64,000 bases of DNA from Deferrisomatales bacterium (GTDB lineage: Bacteria > Desulfobacterota > Deferrisomatia > Deferrisomatales > JACRMM01), in the NCBI GenBank assembly GCA_033551855.1, contig JAWSUI010000002.1, forward strand, positions 96,001 through 160,000, written 5' to 3'. The notes under the pieces are model-generated. The model was not told where the DNA came from. It worked only from the letters and a program-made list of their open reading frames with translations, and searched no databases. Position 1 is the stretch's first letter. Each line of letters begins with the position of its first letter. Below are positions 1 through 9,838 of the stretch, one piece after another. A program made the translations under genes and the position numbers.

Positions 1-2
1 TC

Positions 3-1895
3 GTGGTGGTGCCGGTCCTCCTCGTGGGGGCGGTGGTCGGCGCCATCGCCACGCGGCAGGCCCACCGGGGCATCACCCAGACGAGCGCCGACGACCTCGA
101 GCACATGGCGCAGTTCAGCGTCGACCTTCTCCACGCCCACCACCGGCAGTTCCAGGTCTACGAACAGGACAAGAAGGCGATGGTGGAGAGGGACCTGGCC
201 ACCCTCGTCAACTTCGCCGTCAGCCTCTTCGACGCGGAGAACGAGCACCACCGAGCCGGGGTCGTGCCGCTCGCGGCCGCCCAGAGGGAGGCCCGACGGG
301 CGCTGCGGGCGGTGAACATCGGGGAGACGGGCTACCTGTACGCCATGACGACCTCGGGCACCCTGGTCATCCACCCCGCGCGGGAGGGCGACAACATCTA
401 CGACGCGGTGGATGAGGACGGACGTCCCTTCATCCGCGAGATGTGCGAGAAGGCGCCGACCGCGCCCTCCGGTGAGGTGCTCACCATCGTGTACCCCTGG
501 CGCAACGAGGTGCTGGGGGACGTCCACCCGCGCCGCAAGGTCGTGACGTACCGCCACTTCGAGCCGTGGGACTGGATCGTCGCGGCCGGCAGCTATCTCG
601 ACGAGACGTACGAGGACGCCGCCTTCGAGCGCCGGGCCTTCGAGGACCTCAAGGACAGGATCTCCCAGAAGAAGGTAGGACAGACCGGCTACATCTACAC
701 CATGACCCGGGACGGAGTGCTCACCATTCACCCGAGCCAGGAGGGGCAGCGGATCTACGAAGAGCTCGACGACGACGGACACGCCTTCATCCGGGAGATG
801 ACCGAGCGGGGCAGCGGGTGGGTGCGCTACCCGTGGAGGAACCCGGGGGAACCGGCCGCGCGGATGAAGATCGTGCGCTACGAGCACTTCGAGCCGTGGG
901 ACTGGATCGTTGCGGTCGGTTCGTACGAAGATGAATTCTACCGCGAGGCCGATGCCATCCGCGGCCGGATCCGCTGGAGCGTGGGCGTGCTCTCCCTCCT
1001 TGTGGGGCTGGGGTCTGCGGTCCTCCTGTTCTGGGCGTCCAAGGTCTACACGGACCCGGTCCAACGGGTCCTCGAGGGAGTGCGCCGGGTCAAGAGGGGC
1101 CGGCTCGACGAGAAGATCCCCGTGACGTCGGCCGACGAGCTCGGGGAGCTGGCTGCCAGCTTCAACCGGCTCATCGACGTCCTCAAGCGCAACCGTGAGA
1201 TGGAGGACAGCCTCGCCCAGCAGGGGAAGATGGCCTCCCTGGGGGTGCTGGCCTCGGGTGTGGCACACGAGATCAACAACCCCCTCGGCGTCATCCTGGG
1301 CTACGCGGCCTATCTCGAGCGGAAGCTCGATCCTGAGGACCCGAGCTTCCGGTACATCCAGGAGATGCGCCGGGAGAGCAACCGGTGCAAGAAGATTGTT
1401 CAGGATCTGCTCAGCTATGCCCGGGTGCCCCGCCCCGTCCCCGTGGAAACCGACCTCAACGCGCTCCTCGATCAGATCGCGGACTTTGCCGAAAACCACA
1501 CGGACATGCAGGGGGTCGTCCTCGTCAAGGAATTGGAGCCGGCCCTGCCCCATCTGGCCCTGGATCCGGACCAGGTGCGCCAGGTGGCCATCAACCTGAT
1601 CCTCAACGCGGGGGCCGCGATGCCGGAGGGCGGCAGGTTGGCGATTCGCACGGCCATGGGGGAGCCGGGGTTGGTGGACGTCGTCTTCGAGGACAGTGGC
1701 CAAGGCATCCCCCCGGAACACCTGGAGAGGATCTTCGAGCCCTTCTTCACCACCAAGGCCCGGGGTACGGGGCTCGGCCTAGCCATCTCCAAGCAGATCG
1801 TGGAGCAGCACCACGGCACGATGCGGGTGGAGAGCGCCGTGGGGAAGGGAACCACCGTCACGCTGAGCTTTCCGGTTGCGGCGGAGGTGTTCTGA
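3..1895 (+). CDS. Cache-domain sensor histidine kinase (tandem Cache domains, HAMP, HisKA, HATPase); 5' end truncated by window
   Basis: Two repeats of GYxY..G.L.IHP...YPW....K......F.PWDWIVA.GSY; TM then HAMP (DELGELAASFN); H-box AHEINNPL; DSGQGI, FEPFFTTK and GTGLGL boxes. Confidence 0.93.
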   Translation: MVVPVLLVGAVVGAIATRQAHRGITQTSADDLEHMAQFSVDLLHAHHRQFQVYEQDKKAMVERDLATLVNFAVSLFDAENEHHRAGVVPLAAAQREARRALRAVNIGETGYLYAMTTSGTLVIHPAREGDNIYDAVDEDGRPFIREMCEKAPTAPSGEVLTIVYPWRNEVLGDVHPRRKVVTYRHFEPWDWIVAAGSYLDETYEDAAFERRAFEDLKDRISQKKVGQTGYIYTMTRDGVLTIHPSQEGQRIYEELDDDGHAFIREMTERGSGWVRYPWRNPGEPAARMKIVRYEHFEPWDWIVAVGSYEDEFYREADAIRGRIRWSVGVLSLLVGLGSAVLLFWASKVYTDPVQRVLEGVRRVKRGRLDEKIPVTSADELGELAASFNRLIDVLKRNREMEDSLAQQGKMASLGVLASGVAHEINNPLGVILGYAAYLERKLDPEDPSFRYIQEMRRESNRCKKIVQDLLSYARVPRPVPVETDLNALLDQIADFAENHTDMQGVVLVKELEPALPHLALDPDQVRQVAINLILNAGAAMPEGGRLAIRTAMGEPGLVDVVFEDSGQGIPPEHLERIFEPFFTTKARGTGLGLAISKQIVEQHHGTMRVESAVGKGTTVTLSFPVAAEVF

Positions 1896-1896
1896 C

Positions 1897-3273
1897 GTGG
1901 GCGAGCCCAAGCGCGTCCTCGTGATCGATGACGAGGAGGCCCTGTGCCGCATGGTGGATGCGGTATTGACCGACAGCGGCTACGCGGTCACGACCCGGAC
2001 CCGTTCCCTCGAGGCCTTGCAGGGCTTTGAGCCCGGCCGCTTCGACCTGGTCATCACGGACGTGCGAATGCCGGGAGTGGACGGCCTGGAGGTCCTCCAG
2101 AGGGTAAAGGCCGCCTCCCCCGGCACCCCCGTGATCGTGATCACGGCCCACGCCACGGTGGACATGTCGATCCAGGCCCTTCGCAAGGGCGCCTACGACA
2201 TGGTTACGAAGCCGTTCGAGCCGGAAGAGCTGCTCTACCGGGTCCGCAATGCGCTGCGCCAGAGCGAGCTCCTCGAGGAGAACCAGGGGCTTCTGGAGGA
2301 GCTCGCCGAGAGGTCGCGTTTCGGAAGCATCGTCGGCGACTCCCCCCGTCTTCTCGCCGTGCTGGAGACCGCCCGAAAGGTGGCGGCTCGAGACATCTCG
2401 GTCCTCATCACCGGCGAGTCGGGAACCGGCAAGGAGCTGGTGGCCCAGGCCATCCACGCCCACTCCCCTCGGCGGGGAGGCAAGTTCCTGGCCATCAACT
2501 GCGGCGCCCTCCCTCCGTCGCTCCTCGAGGGGGAGCTCTTCGGGACCCGGAGGGGCGCGTTCACGGGTGCGGACCGGGACCGGAAGGGCCTGCTGGAAGC
2601 GGCCGACGGCGGGACCCTCTTCCTCGACGAGGTGGGAACCCTCCCACTGGAAGTGCAGAAGACCCTGCTGCGGTTCCTCCAGGAGAGGGAGTTCTTCCGG
2701 GTGGGGGACACGCGGCCGACCCAGGTCAACGTGCGCATTCTCTCGGCCACCAATGCGGACCTGGACGACGCGATCCAAGAGGGACGGTTCCGGCAGGATC
2801 TGTACTACCGGCTCAATGTGGTCAACGTCCATCTCCCCCCCCTGCGGGAGCGGGCGGCGGATGTCCCGCTCCTCGTGGCGCACTTCGTCCGGGAGCAGAA
2901 CGAGCGCTTCGGGACGCGCGTGAAGGGATTCTCGCCGGAGGCCATGGAGGCGGCCTACCGCCACCCCTGGCCGGGAAACGTCCGCCAGCTCCGCAACGTG
3001 GTGGAGGCGTGCCTGGCCGTCGTCTCGGGCGAGTACGTGGATCTTCCGACCCTGGCGCAGTTCATCGAGGTTCCGTCGGCCCGCGCCGAGACGCGGCCGC
3101 CTGCTCCGGGGGGCGATTACGCGTCGGCCCTTGCGCGGTTCGAGGTCGCGTACCTGGGGGACCTGCTGAGCCGGACCCAGGGCAATGTCGAGGAGGCGGC
3201 CCAGCTCGCGCGCATGAACGTGGCCACCATCTACCGGAAGATCAAGAAGCACGGCCTCCGCAGGGACTCCTGA
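1897..3273 (+). CDS. Sigma-54-dependent response regulator (NtrC/AtoC family)
   Basis: REC (VLVIDDE, DVRMP, KPF), GESGTGKE, GAFTGA, FLDEVG, WPGNVRQL, C-terminal HTH; GTG at 1897 after GGAGGT. Confidence 0.95.
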   Translation: MGEPKRVLVIDDEEALCRMVDAVLTDSGYAVTTRTRSLEALQGFEPGRFDLVITDVRMPGVDGLEVLQRVKAASPGTPVIVITAHATVDMSIQALRKGAYDMVTKPFEPEELLYRVRNALRQSELLEENQGLLEELAERSRFGSIVGDSPRLLAVLETARKVAARDISVLITGESGTGKELVAQAIHAHSPRRGGKFLAINCGALPPSLLEGELFGTRRGAFTGADRDRKGLLEAADGGTLFLDEVGTLPLEVQKTLLRFLQEREFFRVGDTRPTQVNVRILSATNADLDDAIQEGRFRQDLYYRLNVVNVHLPPLRERAADVPLLVAHFVREQNERFGTRVKGFSPEAMEAAYRHPWPGNVRQLRNVVEACLAVVSGEYVDLPTLAQFIEVPSARAETRPPAPGGDYASALARFEVAYLGDLLSRTQGNVEEAAQLARMNVATIYRKIKKHGLRRDS

Positions 3274-3311
3274 CCCGACCGCGGATCCTCGCAGTAGCCC
3301 CCGGCCCTCCA

Positions 3312-3357
3312 TTCGCATTGTTGCGAAAGAGCTCCTCGCGGCTCGCAATCCGGCGAA
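3312..3357 (+). promoter_or_regulatory. Putative enhancer (UAS) pair for a sigma-54 activator
   Basis: Palindrome TTCGCA-ttgt-TGCGAA (3312-3327) and imperfect copy CTCGCA-atcc-GGCGAA (3342-3357). Confidence 0.55.
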
Positions 3358-3386
3358 ACGCGGTCTCTCTCGCCGCTGCCTATCCG

Positions 3387-3399
3387 TAATCCACTGATT
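3387..3399 (-). promoter_or_regulatory. Putative IHF site
   Basis: Minus strand AATCAGtggaTTA fits WATCARnnnnTTR; lies between the UAS and the -24/-12 element. Confidence 0.5.
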
Positions 3400-3591
3400 T
3401 TATTACCGTTGGTTCTCTTACTCCCGCGCTAGGGCTCCCCTCGGCGCGGAAGGGACGCGTACGCCACCGATATGCGATTTGCAGCGGCGCGAAGACGCCC
3501 CTCGAGGTGCCGGCGGACAGGCGCCGGAATAACTCTTCATCTACTCGAAATCATTTCGCTTACAAGAAATGAAAAACTGGTTGATTTCTCG

Positions 3592-3607
3592 TGGCACGTA
3601 ACGTGAA
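3592..3607 (+). promoter_or_regulatory. Putative sigma-54 promoter with non-canonical -12 element
   Basis: TGGCAC-gtaac-GTGAA, i.e. GG-N10-GA instead of GG-N10-GC, in an AT-rich tract upstream of the MFS gene. Confidence 0.55.
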
Positions 3608-3652
3608 TTCAAAGCCGGGCAGGCACAACGACCTCTTTCCCGGCGGGCGGCC

Positions 3653-5272
3653 ATGACACGAAGCAGCCTGTGCGACTTCTACGGTTCCCAGGAGGGCGGG
3701 TGTGACGTGGGTGCCGAGTACATCTCCACGTCGGACGTGCAGATCATCGTCCGGTACTGCACCGCTCGCTACCAGGACTGTTCTCGCTTTCAGCAACTGG
3801 CCGAGGGGCACGCCCCAGCCCCGGGGCGTCGGCGCGAGGCGGGGCCCGCGGGCGGAAACCCCGCCGAGGTCCTGGCGCGCAACGCCGCGAACGCCGTCCC
3901 CCCCCGTTCACCCGTCCATGAAACCACAGGAGGGATCCCCATGAGTCAAACGACCCGAAACCGCGGCTGGACCGTTGCCCTGTCCGGCACGGGCATAAAC
4001 CTCGCCTTGGGCGTGCTGTACGCCTGGAGCATCTTCAAGGGGGCCATCGCCGCGTCCATCCAGGAGGGAGGCGGCTTTCGCTGGAACCCCGCGGCCCTGA
4101 ACGACCCCTACGCTGTTTGCTGCCTCGTCTTCGCCTTCGCCATGATCGCGGCAGGCCGGGTGCAGGACCGCTTTGGGCCTCGGCTCACGGCCATGGTGGG
4201 CGGACTGCTGGTGGGCGCCGGGTTCGTCTGGGTGTCCCAGACCACCAGCTACCTGGCGTGGGTGCTGGGCTTCGGGGTCCTGGCCGGGATCGGGATCGGG
4301 TTCGGCTACTCCGCCGCGACCCCGCCGGCCCTCAAGTGGTTCCCGCCGGCCCGTACGGGCCTGATCGCGGGCATCGTCGTCTCGGGCTTCGGGTTGGCGT
4401 CGGTCTACATCGCCCCCTTGGCCACCTACCTGCTGGGAGCCTACGGCGTGCAGACCTCGATGCTGATCTTCGGCGTGGCCTTCACGGTCATCGTGGGCGG
4501 GCTCTCCCTGCTCCTGGTGAACCCGCCGGCCGGGCACCTCTTCGGTGAGGTCGCGAAGAAACACGAGATGACGGCCAGGAGCGCCCCCTCGGTCAAGGTG
4601 CGCGGGGATTTTCGGCCTTCCGATATGGTCAAGACCATCAACTTCTACATCCTCTGGAGCTGCTTCTTCATCGGCTCCGGAGCCGGCCTCATGGTGATCG
4701 GAAGCGTCGCCGGCATGGCCCAGGCAAGCCTCGGCACCCTGGCCTTCGTGGCGGTCGCCGCCATGGCGGTGGGGAACGCCGGAGGACGGATCGTCGCCGG
4801 TGTGGTGTCGGACCGGATCGGGCGCAGTCGCACCCTGTTCATCATGATGGTCGCCCAGGCCGTGCTCATGTTCGCCGCGGTCCCTGCCATGCGCACCGGC
4901 AGCGCGGTGCTCCTCGTCTCCCTCGCGACGCTCATCGGGTTCAACTACGGAACCAACCTGAGCCTGTTCCCGTCTTTCACCAAGGACTTCTGGGGGCTGA
5001 AGAACTTCGGCACGAACTACGGCATCCTCTTCACCTCCTGGGGGGTCGCCGGGTTCGTGATGGGTAGGGTTTCCCAGATGTTGACCGCGGCCACCGGCAG
5101 CTACGAGACCTCCTTCGTCCTCGCCGGCGTGCTGCTGTTGGCGGGAGCGGGGCTCGCGCTCACCCTGCGCGAGGGCAAGGCCTACCAGATGGCCCACGCG
5201 CTCGAGGAGGCTTCCGCGGCAGCCCGGCCCGAGGCCGACAAGCCTGAGGTGGCTGCCGCCCAGGGTATCTGA
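3653..5272 (+). CDS. OFA-family (oxalate/formate antiporter, MCT-like) MFS transporter; in-frame Cys-rich N-terminal extension, alternative start at 3941
   Basis: NLALGVLYAWS, AGRVQDRFGPR, KWFP...GLIAG, NAGGRIVAGVVSDRIGR, NFGTNYG; AGGAGG before ATG 3941. Confidence 0.9.
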   Translation: MTRSSLCDFYGSQEGGCDVGAEYISTSDVQIIVRYCTARYQDCSRFQQLAEGHAPAPGRRREAGPAGGNPAEVLARNAANAVPPRSPVHETTGGIPMSQTTRNRGWTVALSGTGINLALGVLYAWSIFKGAIAASIQEGGGFRWNPAALNDPYAVCCLVFAFAMIAAGRVQDRFGPRLTAMVGGLLVGAGFVWVSQTTSYLAWVLGFGVLAGIGIGFGYSAATPPALKWFPPARTGLIAGIVVSGFGLASVYIAPLATYLLGAYGVQTSMLIFGVAFTVIVGGLSLLLVNPPAGHLFGEVAKKHEMTARSAPSVKVRGDFRPSDMVKTINFYILWSCFFIGSGAGLMVIGSVAGMAQASLGTLAFVAVAAMAVGNAGGRIVAGVVSDRIGRSRTLFIMMVAQAVLMFAAVPAMRTGSAVLLVSLATLIGFNYGTNLSLFPSFTKDFWGLKNFGTNYGILFTSWGVAGFVMGRVSQMLTAATGSYETSFVLAGVLLLAGAGLALTLREGKAYQMAHALEEASAAARPEADKPEVAAAQGI

Positions 5273-5307
5273 CCGTTTCGCCTCGGGCCCGTCCCCGAGG
5301 GAGGAGA

Positions 5308-5333
5308 GAGGGCCCCGCCGAGGCGGGGCCCTC
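5308..5333 (+). terminator. GC-rich hairpin after the MFS gene (no U-tract)
   Basis: GAGGGCCCCGCC-ga-GGCGGGGCCCTC inverted repeat. Confidence 0.45.
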
Positions 5334-5500
5334 GTCGTTGGGGACGACCGGTTTCCATCGGAGCGCGACGCGCTCTGCCGCCGCCCCTCTCGTCGGACCC
5401 GGCCCCCTCGGGTGGAGCCACTTTCCCTGCAGGGCCGGGTTGGGGGAGGATGGTGGGGTCGCGCCCCGGGGCACGACTCGGACAGGGGAGGGAAGCGAGG

Positions 5501-6691
5501 ATGGAGGCACTGGTGCTCTACTGCCGGGCGGGCTTCGAGACCGACGCGGCCGCTGAGGCCGCGGAGGCAGCGCGGGCCCGCGGGGATGCGGTTCGGGTTT
5601 CCCTGGGGCAGGGCTATGCCGTTCTCGAGGTCGAAGCCCGAGGAGGGGCGGGCTCCGTCTCGGCCCCCGGCCCTCGCGACCTCATCTTCTCCCGGCAGGT
5701 CTTCCGGGCGACCGAGCGCCTGCCCCTTGCGAGTGCCCCGGACCGGGTCGCGGCACTCTGCGAGGGGGCCTGGCGCCAGGCCAGGCGGCTGGGGCTTCGC
5801 GGGTACTCGGAGCTCTTCGTGGAGGCGCCCGACAGCGAGGGCGGGAGGCGCCTCTGGCCCCTGTGCGCCGCGCTCTCCGGCGAGCTGAGAGCGGCTCTGG
5901 AGGGGCGGGGCCTCCTGGGGCCGAGGTCTCCCGGGCCCCGACTCCACGTCTTCCTCTCCGAGGACTCCACCGTGCTCCTGGGGACCTCCCCGGCCGGGGG
6001 CGTTTCGCCGTGGCCCATGGGGATTCCGCGGCTACGCTTCCCCGCCGGCGCGCCCAGCCGGTCGGCCCTCAAGCTCGAGGAGGCCCTCCTGGCCTTCGTC
6101 CCCGAGGGGGAGCGCCAGGCCCGACTGCGCCCCGGGATGCGCGCGGTGGACCTTGGGGCCTCTCCGGGGGGCTGGGCCTGGGTTCTCGCCGCCCGGGGCA
6201 TCCGGGTCACCGCGGTGGACAGCGGGCCCCTGGACCGCGCGGTCCTGGAGACCGGCCTCGTGGACCACGTCCGAGCGGACGGGTTCACCTGGCGGCCTCC
6301 CCGGCCGGTGGACTGGCTGGTCTGCGACATGGTGACCGCGCCGGCGCGGGTGGCCAAGCTGGTGGGGTTGTGGGCCTCCCGGGGCCTCTGTCGGGAGGCG
6401 GTCTTCAACCTCAAGCTGCCCTCGGCGAGTCGTCTCGGGGAGGTCCGGCGTTGTGCCGCCGTCGTGGTCCGGGAGCTGGGGCGGGCAGGCCGGGGCCACG
6501 TGCTGCGCTTCAAGCACCTCTACCACGATCGGCAAGAGGTAACCGGGCACCTCCGGGTCGAGCCGGCACCCCGGCCCGGCGGGGGAGAAAAAGCCCAGCC
6601 GGCGAGGGCCCGAAGGCCCCAGGAGGAACGCCACGGGCGGGCGCGCAGGGGGGAGAGACGTCGCCCCGTCCCGCGGGACGGTCGTCAGTAG
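5501..6691 (+). CDS. rlmM: 23S rRNA C2498 2'-O-methyltransferase
   Basis: LYCRAGFE N-terminus, APSRSALKLEEA, VDLGASPGGW, DWLVCDMV, FNLKLP, KHLYHDRQEVT. Confidence 0.92.
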   Translation: MEALVLYCRAGFETDAAAEAAEAARARGDAVRVSLGQGYAVLEVEARGGAGSVSAPGPRDLIFSRQVFRATERLPLASAPDRVAALCEGAWRQARRLGLRGYSELFVEAPDSEGGRRLWPLCAALSGELRAALEGRGLLGPRSPGPRLHVFLSEDSTVLLGTSPAGGVSPWPMGIPRLRFPAGAPSRSALKLEEALLAFVPEGERQARLRPGMRAVDLGASPGGWAWVLAARGIRVTAVDSGPLDRAVLETGLVDHVRADGFTWRPPRPVDWLVCDMVTAPARVAKLVGLWASRGLCREAVFNLKLPSASRLGEVRRCAAVVVRELGRAGRGHVLRFKHLYHDRQEVTGHLRVEPAPRPGGGEKAQPARARRPQEERHGRARRGERRRPVPRDGRQ

Positions 6692-6815
6692 GGCCGGGGC
6701 CCTCCGCGGAAGGGGGTGGGAGAGGGCAGGGAATCCGGGTATCCTGGGCAATCCAAACACCCCGGCAAGCGGTGCCGGGAGGTCCGAACCCCTCGCCGCC
6801 CTCGGAGGAACGTCC

Positions 6816-7790
6816 ATGCTTTGGCCCCGGCTCCTGATGCTCCCCCTCCTTCTCCTCCTGGCAGCTCCTGCCCCGACCCTCCCCCAGGAGGCCGGCTTTC
6901 AGGAGTGGCTGGAGGAACTGCGCCGGGAGGCCCTGGCCGCCGGGGTCGCGCCGGAGACCCTGGACGCAGCCTTGACCGGGGTCGAGCCCATTGCCCGCGT
7001 CATCGAGCTCGACCGCCGCCAGCCCGAGCTCACCTGGACCCTTGAGCAGTACCTGACCCGCATCGTCTCGGAGGAGCGGGTGGCCCGAGGTCGGGAGAAG
7101 CTCCAGGAGCACGGGGCACTCCTGGACGCGGTCGCGAAGAAGTACGGAGTGCAGGCCCGCTTCCTCACGGCCCTCTGGGGGATCGAGACCAACTACGGCC
7201 AGACCTCCGGGGGCTTCCAGGTGATCCCGGCCCTCGCCACCCTGGCCCACGACGGCCGCCGCAGCGCCTTCTTTCGCCGGGAGCTTCTCTTGGCGCTCCG
7301 CATCCTGGACCAGGGGCACGTGACCCCGGACCGCATGGTCGGGTCCTGGGCCGGCGCCATGGGGCAGATGCAGTTCATGCCCTCGACCTTCGTGAGCTAC
7401 GCCGTGGACGGGAGCGGGGACGGGAAGATCGACCTCTGGGGGAGCCGCGAAGACGCTTTCGCGTCGGCGGCCAACTATCTCTCCCGGATGGGCTGGGACG
7501 GGGCCCGGACCTGGGGCCGCCCCGTGCGGCTGCCCCCGGGTTTCGACGGGGCTCTCCTGGGGCTCGAGGTGCGAAAGCCACTGGAGGAGTGGCAGGCCCT
7601 CGGCGTGCGCCGGGGCGACGGCGGCGGCCTCCCCCGCGTGGCCGGTCTCCCGGCCTCGGTGATCCAGCCCGACGGGCCGGGAACTCCTGCCTACCTCGTC
7701 TACGACAACTTCCGGACCCTCATGCGGTGGAACCGCTCCCAGTTCTTCGGCATCGCCGTCGGTACCCTGGCGGACCGGATCGGGGGGTGA
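6816..7790 (+). CDS. mltB: Lytic murein transglycosylase B family
   Basis: Signal peptide; ALWGIETNYG, GSWAGAMGQMQFMPS, DGSGDGKIDLW, S.ANYL, WNRS. Confidence 0.9.
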   Translation: MLWPRLLMLPLLLLLAAPAPTLPQEAGFQEWLEELRREALAAGVAPETLDAALTGVEPIARVIELDRRQPELTWTLEQYLTRIVSEERVARGREKLQEHGALLDAVAKKYGVQARFLTALWGIETNYGQTSGGFQVIPALATLAHDGRRSAFFRRELLLALRILDQGHVTPDRMVGSWAGAMGQMQFMPSTFVSYAVDGSGDGKIDLWGSREDAFASAANYLSRMGWDGARTWGRPVRLPPGFDGALLGLEVRKPLEEWQALGVRRGDGGGLPRVAGLPASVIQPDGPGTPAYLVYDNFRTLMRWNRSQFFGIAVGTLADRIGG

Positions 7791-8701
7791 GGCGGCCTCA
7801 GGGAACACCGGCAACCGTGCTGCTCCTGTTCCTCGCGGGCCTCCTGGGCGGCCCGGCCGCGGCGGGGGACGAGGAGGAGGGGTTGCGCCGGGCGTGGGAT
7901 GGCCACCGGGAGCGCGCGGCCGTCGCGGGCCTGCCGGAGCGCCTGGAGATTCGGTCCCGGGAGGGACCCGCCGAGATCTGGGCCGAAGTGCTCGGGGTGC
8001 TGCCCTTTCCGTTCGAGGTCGTCGCCGCCGCCTTGGAAGCTACCGTCCAGTGGTGCGACTTCGTCCCGCTCCACTTCAACATCAAGGCGTGCGTCTACGG
8101 GCTGGACCCCGGTGAGCCCTTCCTGGTGCTCTACTCGGGACGCAAGGGCTACGGCACCGCCGAGGACGCACACCGCTTCGACTACGGGTTCGCCGCGCGC
8201 GTGGCCCCGGGCCCGTACCTGGGGGTCGAGCTGCGCTCGCCGGGGGGTCCCATGGGCACACGGGACTACCACCTTCGGGTGGAGGCCTTGCCCGTGGAGG
8301 GGGGCACCTTCGTCCGGTTTGGGAGCTCTTATGGGCCGAGTCGGACCAGCCGGGCCGCCACTGCCCTGTACCTGGGAACCCTGGGCCGGAGCAAAATGGG
8401 ATTCAGCCGGGAGGGGGAGCCGCCTGTCCCCGTGAGGGGCGTGCGGGGCATCGTGGAGCGGAACGGCGTGCGTTACTACCTGGCACTCCAGGCCTTCCTG
8501 CACACCCTGCACCTGGCGGGCGAGGAGCGGTTCGAGTCCGGGGTGCGCACCTGGTTCGATCTGGCGTCACAATACCCGGAGCTCCACGAGACGTCGTGGG
8601 AGACCTACCGGAGGACAAAACGCCGGGAGCGGGAGGGCCAGCTCGAGCTCCAGCGGGCCCTCGAGGCGGGAGGCCTCTCGGCCCTGCCCGGTGCCCGCTG
8701 A
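7787..8701 (+). CDS. Exported hypothetical protein
   Basis: GTGA overlap with mltB stop; signal-peptide-like LLLFLAGLLGGPAAA; protein-like composition. Confidence 0.7.
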   Translation: MRRPQGTPATVLLLFLAGLLGGPAAAGDEEEGLRRAWDGHRERAAVAGLPERLEIRSREGPAEIWAEVLGVLPFPFEVVAAALEATVQWCDFVPLHFNIKACVYGLDPGEPFLVLYSGRKGYGTAEDAHRFDYGFAARVAPGPYLGVELRSPGGPMGTRDYHLRVEALPVEGGTFVRFGSSYGPSRTSRAATALYLGTLGRSKMGFSREGEPPVPVRGVRGIVERNGVRYYLALQAFLHTLHLAGEERFESGVRTWFDLASQYPELHETSWETYRRTKRREREGQLELQRALEAGGLSALPGAR

Positions 8702-8909
8702 GCGCCACCGGGACACCGCCCGCGAGCCCCCCGCACTCCCAGCCCTCACCGGGCTTGCGTTCGTCTGCCCCCTATCCGAACCCGGCACTCGGCAGCTCTG
8801 GAGTCGACCCGGTTTGGCGGACACCGTATCTCTTTCGCGGGGAGGCACATCGGTGCGACGATGGCGGCTGCAATCCGCAGGAAGGTCTGAAAGAGGGTTC
8901 ATCCGGGAA

Positions 8910-8975
8910 ATGACCGGGTACTCGTGTCCGGGGACGACCGGTTGGGCCCGGCCACGCAGGCGGACGGCCGCTCGA
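8910..8975 (+). repeat. Copy 1 of a 66-bp degenerate inverted repeat (partner 10808-10873)
   Basis: Manual ungapped alignment to the reverse complement of 10808-10873: 49/66 identical. Confidence 0.75.
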
Positions 8976-9217
8976 CGGGAGCAGCCGTGTCGGGAGCGGC
9001 GATGCCGCAAGGATTCCGAAAGCGGCGCGGGAGCGCACCTACCGTACAGCCCGGCATCGTCTGCCGGAGGGGGCGGGCCCACCCGGTCGTTCACCGGAAG
9101 AACCTGAAAGAGGATGCTTGGGGCGCCGAACTGCGATCGGGGCCGCGACCCGTCCGCAATCGTCTCGGCGTGGAGACGGGGCTCCCTAGAGTCGCCCAGC
9201 CGGGAGGGAAGCCGAGG

Positions 9218-9838
9218 ATGACCGAGACCGCCGTTGCCCCGTGGCACGCCGAGGGGCTCCTGTTCGAGAACTGCAGCTGCACCCTGGTGTGCCCTGGCCA
9301 CGTCCACTTTTCCCAGGGATGCACCCTCGACCGCTGCGTGGGCTACTGGGCGGTGCGCTTCGACGCCGGGGAGATCGACGGGGTGGATCTCGCGGGGGCG
9401 AAGGCGGTGGTGGCGTTCGACTCGCCCCAACACATGATCGAGGGGGGCTGGACCCAGGTGCTGGTCCTCGACCCGGCGGGCGCGGAGGCCCAGCGGGCCC
9501 AGGTGGAGAGGATCCTGCGAGGGGAGGCGGGCGGTCCCTGGGCCGTTCTCGGCCGCTTCGTGGGCGAGCGGCGGCCGACGATCCTGGCGCCGATCGTCAT
9601 CGAGGACGAGGGTCGCGTCAAGAAGGTGCGGGTCGAGGGGCTCCTGGATGCCCGGGTCGAGGCCATCCGGGGCCGGGACAAGGGCCGTGAGGTCACCTTC
9701 GAGAACATGTTCAACCAGATCCACCCCCCCAGCCAGGTGCTGGCGCTGGGGTCCACCGTCTTCGACGACGGGGAGATCCGGATCGGCACCAAGGACTCCC
9801 ACGCCCTGTACTCCCACTTCACCTGGCGGGTGGGGTGA
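9218..9838 (+). CDS. DUF1326-family protein (predicted metal-binding)
   Basis: W...G...ENCSC...CP, C.GYWA.RFD.G...GVDL.G, G.AGGPW; paired with DUF2182. Confidence 0.8.
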   Translation: MTETAVAPWHAEGLLFENCSCTLVCPGHVHFSQGCTLDRCVGYWAVRFDAGEIDGVDLAGAKAVVAFDSPQHMIEGGWTQVLVLDPAGAEAQRAQVERILRGEAGGPWAVLGRFVGERRPTILAPIVIEDEGRVKKVRVEGLLDARVEAIRGRDKGREVTFENMFNQIHPPSQVLALGSTVFDDGEIRIGTKDSHALYSHFTWRVG

